This document shows positions 28,922 through 37,234 of a stretch of DNA of 64,000 nucleotides, one piece after another. Within the stretch, counting starts at the first letter, position 1. The number at the start of each line of letters is the position of its first letter. The stretch is from assembly GCA_963727315.1 (NCBI GenBank), contig CAVSFE010000002.1:279723-343722 (forward strand), written 5' to 3'. The DNA is from an uncultured Chloroflexia bacterium. Lineage in GTDB: Bacteria; Chloroflexota; Dehalococcoidia; Dehalococcoidales; RBG-16-60-22. Below the pieces are notes generated by a model. It was not told the DNA's origin, ran no database searches, and saw only the letters and a program-made list of their open reading frames with translations. A program made the position numbers and the translations under genes.

Positions 28922-29500
28922 ATGGACCAAAAAACAGTCTATTTTGAAAAACCCGGCGGCGAAGAAAATACCGCCAAAACGCTGGTGTTGGCTAAAACCC
29001 GGGCGAAAGCGCTGGGGATAAAAACGATCGTCGTCGCTTCCACGGTGGGCGATACCGCCGTTAAAGCAGTTAATGCCTTTAAAGGATTTAAAGTAATCAT
29101 CGTGACCCATGTCGCTGGCATGCGTGAGCCCAATACCCAGGAGTTCACCGAAGACAACCGCAAAATCGTCGAGAAGAAGGGTGGCATCCTTGTTACGGCC
29201 GCGCATGCCTTCGGCGCCATCCATCGCTCCCTGGGCCCCACCGGCGGCCCGCCAGCTCCTTCCAGCGCCATCGGGGACATCGTCGCCATGACGCTGCGGA
29301 ACTTCGGCCAGGGCATGAAAGTCGCCTGTGAAATCGCCGCCATGGCCGCCGACGCCGGCCTGGTCCGCACCGACGAAGAAATAGTCTCCATCGGCGGCAC
29401 CGGCCGCGGCGCCGACACGGCCGTTGTCCTGCAGCCGTCATATACCCACCGCTTTTTCAATCTCAGGGTCAAAGAGATAATCTGCAAACCGCGCCTCTAA
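28922..29500 (+). CDS. Pyruvate kinase alpha/beta (C-terminal) domain-like protein
   Basis: 192-aa ORF preceded by AAGGAG. The segment TVYFEKPGGEENT...IKTIVVASTVGDTAVKA...VTHVAGMREP resembles the stand-alone PK_C-like family as I remember it. Confidence 0.6.
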   Translation: MDQKTVYFEKPGGEENTAKTLVLAKTRAKALGIKTIVVASTVGDTAVKAVNAFKGFKVIIVTHVAGMREPNTQEFTEDNRKIVEKKGGILVTAAHAFGAIHRSLGPTGGPPAPSSAIGDIVAMTLRNFGQGMKVACEIAAMAADAGLVRTDEEIVSIGGTGRGADTAVVLQPSYTHRFFNLRVKEIICKPRL

Positions 29501-29542
29501 CGCCGGTTCAACAGGCTCTCCACGAGCGGTTTTGAGTGAGAT

Positions 29543-30095
29543 ATGCACCATAGCCTGAAGTTCTATAGCGGCAACCGCCCGATGGTGTTACGGTTCTACA
29601 TGTTCTTCGGTGGGCTGACCCGCGTTCCCCTGCTGGGAAGGCTGGCGAGGTGGACGGCTAACGCTTACGGGCAGCAACCTGCACCGCGCCTACCTGCTGA
29701 CGCCGCCGGAAGCATTTGAGCTGGTCAACACCGCCGAGGGGCTGGCGGTGACCGCCTGCGACTGCCGCCGGGTCTTTAAAAACTGCGACCATCCGTTGGA
29801 CACCGAGATATTGCTCGGCCCGACGCGCCACGTCATGCTGGAGGCCATGCCGAAAGACTCACGTGAAATAACCCGTGAAGAAGCCGGAGAAATCCTGCGC
29901 CGGAGCCAGGCACGCGGGCTGATTTTCACCATCCTCAAGTGCCGGGAGGACTTTTACGCGATATGCTCCTGCTGTTCCTGCTGCTGCGTGCCTCTGCGAC
30001 TCAGCAAACAGTATGGCATCGGCGGGGCGCTCGCCAGGCACGCAGATATCGTCAAAGAGTACCGTGAATTCCAGTCGGCCTATAAAGGCGATTAG
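29543..30095 (+). pseudogene. Cysteine-rich (probable Fe-S binding) protein of unknown function, frameshifted as assembled
   Basis: The N-terminal part from ATG 29543 (MHHSLKFYSGNRPMVLRFYMFFGG...RWTANAYG) continues in the next frame as SNLHRAYLLTPPEAFELVNTAEGLAVTACDCRRVFKNCDHP...AICSCCSCCCVPL. The switch lies near 29650..29660. Confidence 0.6.
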
Positions 30096-30876
30096 CCCAG
30101 GAAGCCGGTGAGGGTGCTGGAGAACTCCGCGAGCGCGTCGCGATGGACGTTATGGCCGTGGTTCTCGAAGACTTTCACCTGGCAATCGGGAATGACTTTC
30201 GCCGCCTGGTAGGCCTGCCTTACCGGCACGATGGGGTCTTTCGCGCCCCATACCAGCAGCGTCGGCACCGCCACCTCGGCAAGCCTGTCCTTCAGCACCA
30301 CAGACTGTTGTCTGAGGGTCGTGATGTTACCGCCGACGGTCATGCTGGCCGGTGAAAGCGGCATGATGAACTCGGCCGGATTCAAATGCTCGGCCAGCCA
30401 TTTAATACTTTTCAAAACCCCGATGGTCAACGCCCCGAGCGACCGCAGTAAAGCCCGTATCGATAGCAGCCTGACCCAGAAGGCGATTTCCCGGTCCAGG
30501 CACAGGCTGCTCACCAGCACCAGTTTCTTTATTTTCTGGGGTGATTTGAGGGCGTAGTCCAGCGCGACGCCGCCCCCCATGCGAATGCCCCACGAGGTAG
30601 AATTTCTCCAGGCCGAGGTTGCTGGCGAAGCTGCCGAGGAACTCGGGAAAGCTCGGGGATATAGTAGTTGCCGTCCAGCGGCTGGCTGCCCCCGTAGCCG
30701 GGCAGGTCCGGGGCGTAGACCGTATATTTCTCCGAGAGCTCGATGATGTTCTTTCCCCAGGTGCGCGCATCCCCACCCCCGCCGTGGATTACCACCAGGG
30801 GCTCGCCATGACCGGCGGTGTAATAATGGACGTCGCGTCCGTCAACTTTTATGGTCTTGCCCTGAATCTCATTCAT
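30092..30876 (-). pseudogene. Alpha/beta hydrolase, two frameshifts as assembled
   Basis: Three consecutive frames carry MNEIQGKTIKVDGRDVHYYTAGHGEPLVVIHGGGG...YYIPEL, then FPEFLGSFASNLGLEKFYLVGHSHGG (nucleophile elbow), then GVALDYALKSPQKIKKLVLVSS...VFENHGHNVH. The switches lie near 30650 (TTT/CCC run) and 30585 (G6 run). Removing one nt at each gives ~260 aa. Confidence 0.85.
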
Positions 30877-30983
30877 ATCTCACCTTTACTCACATTTTTT
30901 TACAGATGATTCATTTTTAATCATAACCGCAGCGCAATACAGTAGTGTCTCATTGATAATGTGAACCGTTACAAAAAGGTCAC

Positions 30984-31022
30984 AAAAAAACTACCCTCAC
31001 TTTATATAACGATTGAGGGTAG
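30984..31022 (-). terminator. Rho-independent terminator (minus strand)
   Basis: On the minus strand a 9-bp stem CTACCCTCA / TGAGGGTAG (30991..30999 and 31014..31022) with a 14-nt loop is followed by seven T (A-run 30984..30990 on the plus strand). Confidence 0.65.
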
Positions 31023-31177
31023 TTTGAGGTTACCTCAGCCTCTATCTAGATTGTAGCACCCTTCAGCTAGGGAACGGCAACGGCTCTGCCCCGTACTTTA
31101 GGTGAATGTTACCCCGTATTTTCGTACCCGTTATTATCTTAACGAAGGAATATTAAGAATTTGTTAACGGTAAAAAA

Positions 31178-31205
31178 GGAGAGGGGGCGTCTAAGAGGGG
31201 TGAGT
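31178..31205. repeat. Partial copy (R2) of the GC-rich repeat family
   Basis: AGGAGAGGGGGCGTCTAAGAGGGGTGAG shares the GGGCGTYTAAGAGGGG core with R1, R3 and R4, but lacks the return arm of the hairpin. Confidence 0.5.
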
Positions 31206-31228
31206 TAAGAAAATCAATCAATTTTCCT

Positions 31229-31892
31229 CTATTTTTTAAGCGGTCTTAGTATCGCACGGCAGGGGCCGGCGTCGCCGTGCCACATGAGGAGAGGCAGGCA
31301 GAGCAGCTCGTACTCGCCGGGCGGTACTCCCGCCAGGGCGCAGTCCTCGAGGACATAAATGCCGGCGCCGAGCAGCGCCGTGTGCGTTTTGCCGATGTTT
31401 TCCGGGCGTTTGTAGGAGCCGATAGTGATAAAGTCGATGCCGACCAGCTTAACTCCCACTTTCACGAGGTAATCGGCGGCGCTTTCGTCCAGGTAGCAAT
31501 AGTCGTCGTTGAACTTTTCGGCCTCGTAGCCCGCCGGCGAGTTGCGGGTCTTGAAGAGCACGCGCTCGCCTTTTTTGATGCCGTGTTTTTTCAGCTCGGC
31601 GGCTTTAATGCTTTCCCTGTCCTTGATGGCGATAACGCGCGCCGGGCCGATCGTGGCATCGAGCGGCATATCGCTGATGGTCGAGCCGCCCGCGATAAAG
31701 TGGAGGGGGGAATCGATGTGCGTGCCGGTGTGGGAGATGATTTCCAGCATGGACATGGTGACTTTAGAGCCGAGATTCGCGGTCGCTGTAGCGGTAAATC
31801 TTGGGCGGAACGGGGTCGGTGGGGAAATAGACCATCCCCTGCTTGAGGGGGACGGAGATATCATACCAGCCTTTGGGCGCTTTTACAGCCAT
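31229..31892 (-). pseudogene. Cyclase family protein (kynurenine formamidase-like), frameshifted as assembled
   Basis: ATG 31892 follows GGAGGT and gives MAVKAPKGWYDISVPLKQGMVYFPTDPVPPKIYRYSDR, stopping at 31767..31769. The next frame continues ANLGSKVTMSM...HTGTHIDSPLHF (cyclase HxGTHxDxPxH motif) to 31229. The switch lies near 31775..31790. Confidence 0.8.
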
Positions 31893-31946
31893 GGGAGACC
31901 TCCTTGATAACGTAATATTTGTATTTATGTGCTAAGGAAATACCGC

Positions 31947-32438
31947 CTATTCCTTTTTCTTAAACTGGTATTCCCCGGGCATCTGGCTGGTCGGGACACC
32001 GGCGGCGACGGATTTTGCCCAGGTAGTAGCCCTCTCCAGTTCTCCATCCAGCAGCGGTCCTTTAGCGCTTTTAACGAAAAATCCCTGGGGCTGCGCGGTG
32101 GCGTTGCCGCCTTTTTCTTTGATGGCGGCTTCGATGCGCGGCGCCGCATACCCGAACATTTTAACGAAGATATTTTTCAGACGGGTATCAAAAGCGGCCA
32201 GGCGTTTCTCTTTTAACGCTTCCGCGGGTAGTTTATCCAGGAAATCTTTGATGGCGGCGGTCTGCCGGCCTCCCTGCGTGGGCGAACCGATGATGACGAA
32301 ATGGTAAGGGGCGATATCCTCCGCCTTGACCTCCCCGACCTTGACAACCCTGGTCTCCTCCCCGAACCCGCTGCCGATGGCCTTAGCGATCTGCTCCGTG
32401 TTGCCATACTGTGAATCATAGATGACAATAGCTTTCAT
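31947..32438 (-). CDS. Flavodoxin family protein
   Basis: The 163-aa ORF reads MKAIVIYDSQYGNTEQIAKAI...IIGSPTQGG, a typical flavodoxin FMN-binding pattern. Confidence 0.85.
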   Translation of the reverse strand: MKAIVIYDSQYGNTEQIAKAIGSGFGEETRVVKVGEVKAEDIAPYHFVIIGSPTQGGRQTAAIKDFLDKLPAEALKEKRLAAFDTRLKNIFVKMFGYAAPRIEAAIKEKGGNATAQPQGFFVKSAKGPLLDGELERATTWAKSVAAGVPTSQMPGEYQFKKKE

Positions 32439-32512
32439 TATGGCACCTCCGTTAAAAGAGAGATAATTTAGTGTACTCTAAAAGTTAGAAAGTGACAAGG
32501 AAGAAAGTACAC

Positions 32513-32564
32513 CGTGGGGCGGGGCGCGCTTAAGCGCGCCCCGCCCCACGTTTTTATTTTTTTA
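32513..32564. terminator. Perfect GC-rich palindromic hairpin with T-tract (terminator-like)
   Basis: CGTGGGGCGGGGCGCGC-TTAA-GCGCGCCCCGCCCCACG (32513..32550) is followed on the plus strand by TTTTTATTTTTTT. It lies between two minus-strand genes, so the strand it acts on is unclear. Confidence 0.6.
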
Positions 32565-32589
32565 ACTTTTAAGATTTGACCTTTAATTT

Positions 32590-33197
32590 TTACTTCGTAT
32601 GCGTCCCGAACGCTCCCGGCCCCCCCACAAACTCCGCCGGGTACTTAAATTTCATTTTTACCAGCGCCACCATCTGCTTGCCGAGGTCGTCCAGGGCTTT
32701 CAGGCACTTGGGCATCTTTTGAAGCTCCTCGGGACTGCCGACGTAGGCCGAGACCTGGTTGGCGGGCAGCATCCGCCGCTGCACGATGAAGTAGCGTCAG
32801 GTCTTTTAAAACGTTCGCCATCCCCAGGCTGCCGCAGGAAGTCACCGCCCCGCAGACTTTATTGTTGTAGTTATGCTCCGTGCCGCGCGAGGGAAATTGA
32901 GCGGTCGATGACCGCCTTCGCCTGCGCCGTCATGCCCCAGAAATACACCGGCGTCCCCAGGATCAGGCCGTCCGCCGCCATGATCTTCTCGAAAAGCTCC
33001 GGCGCGTCGTCCTTGATGTGGCACTTGCCCGCCTTCATGCAGTCCCAGCAGCCGTCGCAGGGCTGGATGTTTTTCCCGGCGACGCTGTAAAGCTCGGTCT
33101 CCGCCCCTTCTCCCGCCGCCCCGGCTAAAGCCTTACCCAGCATGGCGACGGTGTTGCCGTTTTTCCTTGGACTGAAAGAGATGGCTAAGATTTTCAT
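32590..33197 (-). pseudogene. Iron-sulfur flavoprotein / NADPH-dependent FMN reductase family, two frameshifts as assembled
   Basis: The N-terminal part reads MKILAISFSPRKNGNT...CDGCWDCMKAGKC (compact Isf-type Cys motif)...GTPVYFWGMTAQAKAVIDRS. It continues in a second frame (GTEHNYNNKVCGAVTSCGSLGMANVLKDL) and a third (YFIVQRRMLPANQVSAYVGSPEELQK...). The switches lie near 32860 and 32790, giving ~201 aa when repaired. Confidence 0.75.
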
Positions 33198-33220
33198 GTG
33201 ATGCTCCTGTATCAGTTTTT

Positions 33221-33353
33221 ACCTCACCCTGCCCTCTCCAACCTCTTCATTTTTCCGACCCTTCACTATTTGGTTGGAGAGGGTATTAAAATGAAGAGGG
33301 GCTGACGCCCCTCTTAGACGCCCTGCTTGTGGGGGCGTGCGAAGTGCCCCCAC
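33221..33353. repeat. GC-rich palindromic repeat family, copy R3
   Basis: CCTCACCCTGCCCTCTCCAACC...GGTTGGAGAGGG (stem arms 33232..33243 and 33272..33283). Hairpin AAGAGGGGC-TGAC-GCCCCTCTT lies at 33294..33315, followed by AGACGCCC. An extra hairpin GTGGGGGC...GCCCCCAC lies at 33329..33353. Confidence 0.8.
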
Positions 33354-33370
33354 ACACTTATCGTATCAAC

Positions 33371-35228
33371 CTATTTATCGTAATCGGCGTCGGTCGCCGC
33401 GTCCGGTAGCCCGCAAGAGTCGTCCTCGCACTCGGCGCCGGACTTCTTGGCGCGCCACTTGTCAACGGACGCGCTCCCCGAGTAACCGTAGTCCGCGGCC
33501 TTCCACAGCGGGCTCGTTTCCCCGCCCACGACGATGATATTGATGTTTTCCGGCCGATGATAGGGGGCGATGAGCGCGTCGTCCGGTAGGTTTTTCCACG
33601 AGGCGTATGGCTCCACCCCCTTGTAGGCCTCGGATGCCACCAGCATGTCGATATAGTCGGTCTTCCAGTACTGCCCCGCCCTCATCTTGATGTTCTGCGA
33701 TAAATGCCGCGCGAAGTCCAGCTTGGTAGTAAAGCCCTCGTTCTCCTTCAGGTTCCTGGCGACCATCGGGTCCATGATTATCGTCGCCGAGGAATTGAGC
33801 GGGGGCATGACGGCCAGTTCGATATTCAGTTCTTCCGTTATCGAGCGGTTGGCGGCCGCGCCGGTACTGTTCAGCATGGACCACCCCCGGAAGATGCTCA
33901 CCACGCTCTCGTCCGCCTTGAAGCCCTTGCCCGCGTGGAAAGGCTCCCAGACGCTCCTCTCCTCGTTCTCGGCGCAGCACATATTATTATAGGTATGGTT
34001 GTTCCCCTGGGAGCTCCAGAGCGTCCTTCCGGCCTTGGCATAGCCCCAGCAGATGCTCATCAGCGTCCAGGCCCTGCCGATGACGGAGTTCGCCATGTTC
34101 ACCGCGCTGAAAGCCCCGACGCCGCTGTTCATGCCGATTTCATTGCGGATGGGCCCGTTCACCAGGAGCATGGCCTCGAATGGGGTCGTCGAGGGCATGA
34201 GCGACGGTTGCCTGAGGGACGCGACGGCGAGTATCACCGGGAAATATTCCGGCCTGGCGCCGGCCATGACTGCGATAACCGCAATCTCCGCCACGGTGTG
34301 CCGGGCGACCTCTCTGGTTTCGAACTGGAATGTCTCGGCGACGACGTCGTCCGGGGCGGCGGCGGTGCCGGCGAGCATCTTCTGCACCCGCTCTTCGGTG
34401 GGCAGGATTATCGGCGAGCCGTCCGTCCAGCCCTTTTCGTAGAAGAGGCGCTGCAGATTGTCTTCCGTGTCCGGCTTCAGGTACTTCGGGGCCGGGACGG
34501 CTTTGACCGCTTGAGTTGCCCCAGCCTCCGGTTTCCTTTCTTTTAACGGCTTGGTCAGGACGTCGATTATCTCTTCGATGACCGGCCGGCCGGTGTCGGG
34601 GTCGTTGCCGACGATGTATTTATCGAGGGCTTCGGGGGACAGGCCGATAACCGGGTGCGGCGTAAAAATAATGGGCAAATAGCTTTTCGACGTTCTCTGG
34701 TTTTCGTCGGCGACGCTCTTGAAGGCGAGCGTCGAAACCGGGGCAACCGGTATGCCGTAAGTATATTCGAGTTTGCGGGTGCCGGCAGCGACCGCTGCCA
34801 CGCAGCCCGGTCAGCCCGCCACCCCGAGGACGACCGCGTTCCCTTTCACTTTGACCTCTTCCCAGAGCTCGTTGTTATCGTCCATGAAGACGCTGCCCGG
34901 TTTGCGCTTGCGGATGGTGGTGACGGACGGCATGTTTTCGGCAAACCACTTCTGCAGTTGCCGCATGAACTGGTAGCTCCCGCCGAAGCCGGTATCCACG
35001 AGGTAGACCGTTTTTTTATCCAGCGTACCCAGCCGCTTGGCCATCGGGCCGGAAGGCGGCGGGCCGCCAAATCCCGGCGGAGGTCCTCCCTGAGGTCTGG
35101 GAGGTCCGCCCATAGGACCTCGCGACGGCGCCGCTGGGAGGTCCGCCCATGCCCGGCGGAGGCCCTCCCGTAATTTTCTGGACTCCCGCTTCGGGGCTGA
35201 TGACATTATCCAGCAGTTGAATCGTCAT
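33371..35228 (-). CDS. Candidate selenoprotein: UGSC-family-like N-terminal domain (G-U-P-G-C) fused to a ~370-aa conserved uncharacterised domain. It needs UGA read-through at 34811..34813 and repair of one frameshift near 35114..35133.
   Basis: ATG 35228 follows GGAGG (MTIQLLDNVISPEAG...). A Pro/Gly-rich linker carries a 1-nt frame switch. The sequence then reads KRLGTLDKKTVYLVDTGFGG...NAVVLGVAG-TGA-PGCVAAVAAGTRKLEYTYGIPVAPVSTLAF...PHPVIGL. ORFs 34811..35206 and 33371..34801 are in the same frame. The C-terminal part contains GWTDGSPIILPTEERV, AVMAGARPEYFPV, VNGPIRNE and CAENEERS. Confidence 0.6.
34778..34813 (-). promoter_or_regulatory. In-frame UGA plus SECIS-like stem-loop (candidate selenocysteine insertion signal)
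   Basis: The minus strand reads UGA CCG GGC UGC GUG GCA GCG GUC GCU GCC GGC ACC. The stem is GGCAGC / GCUGCC (34794..34799 and 34784..34789) with apical loop GGUC (34790..34793). A possible lower GUG/CAC extension exists. The loop begins at nt 21 counted from the U of UGA. Confidence 0.5.
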
Positions 35229-35257
35229 GGCTTTCCTCCGTTCGATGGTTCTAGTAT

Positions 35258-36223
35258 TCAGGTGCGGGGGCCGATGTTCTTGACCCAGGTCAGGTCCTCT
35301 CTGGCCCTTCCCCACCCTGCCTCCGCCGCCCCCTGCATCATCGGGGCCGGGTTTTTCCTCATTTCTTCCATGCGCTTCCGGTTCGCCTCTTCCTGCCGCT
35401 TCATGCCTTCGGGGGTGGTATAGTTGGCCATCCGCTCGCAGATGCCCCGCATCATCTTCTCCGGTTCCGGCATCGGCATAACGTAAAGCACGTCGTTTTC
35501 AATCCCCTTTTTAAAGATATGCGCCAGCTCGACGGGATCGAAGCCGAAAGAGTAATGGTGGCGCATAAACGCGATGGTCTTTTCATTGGTGTTGTAGCCG
35601 GTGTTGGCCAGGCGCTTCGGGCGCGTGTAGGAAGATTCGCCGATGTTGGTCTTGATGCCGCCGGGGCAAAGGCAGGATACGCCGATGCCGTACGGCTTGA
35701 GGGCGATGTAATAGCTCTCCATGAGGTTGATGACCGCGGCTTTAGCCGCCGAGTACGGGGCTGTCCCGACTCCTCCCATGAGTCCCCCCATCGAGGCGGT
35801 GGTGGCGATATGCCCGCCCTTGCCGGCCTTTATCATGCGAGGTACGAACGTCACCATGCCGTTGACGACCCCGCCCAGGCAGACTCCCATGACCCAGTCG
35901 TAGTCTTCAAACGTCGAGGCTTCCGCCGGCCCGAAGGCATTGACGCCCGCCGTATTGAATAAAAGCTGCGGCGGCTCCCCGAACACCTTTTCCACCTCGT
36001 CGGCGGCTTCGGCATAAGCCTTGCGGTCGGTGATGTCCAGCTTGATGGCATGGATTTTCACTTTTTTATCTTTAAAATAGGCCTTGGCCTCGTCGAGGTG
36101 GTCCTGGCGGATATCGGCGATGCAAATTTTGCAGCCGGCTTCCGAAAAGACCTTGGCCTGGCCGAGCCCGGCCCCGGAAGCCCCTCCGGTGATAAACGCG
36201 ACTTTGCCCGCGAAATCTTTCAT
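35258..36223 (-). CDS. SDR family oxidoreductase (paralog 2)
   Basis: 321-aa ORF with TGGASGAGLG (NAD(P) binding) and YSAAK (YxxxK). The gap to the downstream gene start is 29 nt. Confidence 0.9.
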   Translation of the reverse strand: MKDFAGKVAFITGGASGAGLGQAKVFSEAGCKICIADIRQDHLDEAKAYFKDKKVKIHAIKLDITDRKAYAEAADEVEKVFGEPPQLLFNTAGVNAFGPAEASTFEDYDWVMGVCLGGVVNGMVTFVPRMIKAGKGGHIATTASMGGLMGGVGTAPYSAAKAAVINLMESYYIALKPYGIGVSCLCPGGIKTNIGESSYTRPKRLANTGYNTNEKTIAFMRHHYSFGFDPVELAHIFKKGIENDVLYVMPMPEPEKMMRGICERMANYTTPEGMKRQEEANRKRMEEMRKNPAPMMQGAAEAGWGRAREDLTWVKNIGPRT

Positions 36224-36247
36224 TAGCTGCCTCTCTTTTTGGCGATA

Positions 36248-37234
36248 TTATTTCTTCGGCGGCGGCGCGCCGGGCATACGGGACGGCTTGACCCACGTCA
36301 AATCTTTGCGCGCCTGCCCAAAACCCACGTCCCCGCTGTTCCGGTACGGACTCATGGGCTGGCGCTTGGCCATCTCCTCGAACCTTTTTCGCATCAGCTC
36401 TTCCTGCCGCTTGATGCCTTCGGGACTGGACCAGTTGATGACCCGCTCGAAGTTGTCCCGCAGCATCTGCTCGGCGTTGGGATACGGGATGATATAGAGT
36501 TGCTCGTTCTCGATGCCCCTCTTGAGCCACCCCGCCAGCTCCACGGGGTCCATCCCCTGCGCGTGAATGGAGCGCAGCAGGTCGATGGTCTTTTCCGTGA
36601 CGTTATAACCGGTATTTTTCAAATGCTCCGGCCGCGTGTACACCGCCTCGGCGATGTTCGACCTGATATTGGCAGGGCAAAGGACGGAGACGCCGATGCC
36701 ATAGGGCTTGAGCGCCGTGTAATAGCTCTCCATGAGGTTATTGACCGCCGCCTTGGCCGCCGAGTACGGCGCGCACCCCGATGTCCCCATGAACCCTCCC
36801 ATCGAGGATGTGGTGGCGATATAGCCTCCCTGGCCGGCCTTGATCATGCGCGGGACGAACGTCACCATGCCGTTGATAACGCCGCCGAGATCGACGCCCA
36901 TCACCCAGTCGTAGTCTTCGAACGTCGAGGCTTCCGCCGGCCCGAAGGTGTTGACGCCCGCGGTATTGAACAGCATCTGGGGCGGGCCCCCGAACGCCTT
37001 TTCCACCTCGTCGGCGGCTTCGGCATACGCCTTGCGGTCGGTGATATCCAGCTTTATGGTATGGACTTTAATCTTTTTGTCTTTGAAATACGCCTTCGCC
37101 TCGTCGAGATGGTCCTGCCGGACATCGGCGATGACGATTTTACAGCCCGCCTCCGAGAACACCTTGGCCTGGCCGAAGCCGGCGCCGGAAGCCCCTCCGG
37201 TAATAAACAGGACTTTACCCGCAAAATCTTTCAT
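36248..37234 (-). CDS. SDR family oxidoreductase (paralog 1)
   Basis: 328-aa ORF with TGGASGAGFG and YSAAK. The first ~190 aa are nearly colinear and mostly identical with the adjacent SDR. The gap between the two genes is 24 nt. Confidence 0.9.
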   Translation of the reverse strand: MKDFAGKVLFITGGASGAGFGQAKVFSEAGCKIVIADVRQDHLDEAKAYFKDKKIKVHTIKLDITDRKAYAEAADEVEKAFGGPPQMLFNTAGVNTFGPAEASTFEDYDWVMGVDLGGVINGMVTFVPRMIKAGQGGYIATTSSMGGFMGTSGCAPYSAAKAAVNNLMESYYTALKPYGIGVSVLCPANIRSNIAEAVYTRPEHLKNTGYNVTEKTIDLLRSIHAQGMDPVELAGWLKRGIENEQLYIIPYPNAEQMLRDNFERVINWSSPEGIKRQEELMRKRFEEMAKRQPMSPYRNSGDVGFGQARKDLTWVKPSRMPGAPPPKK

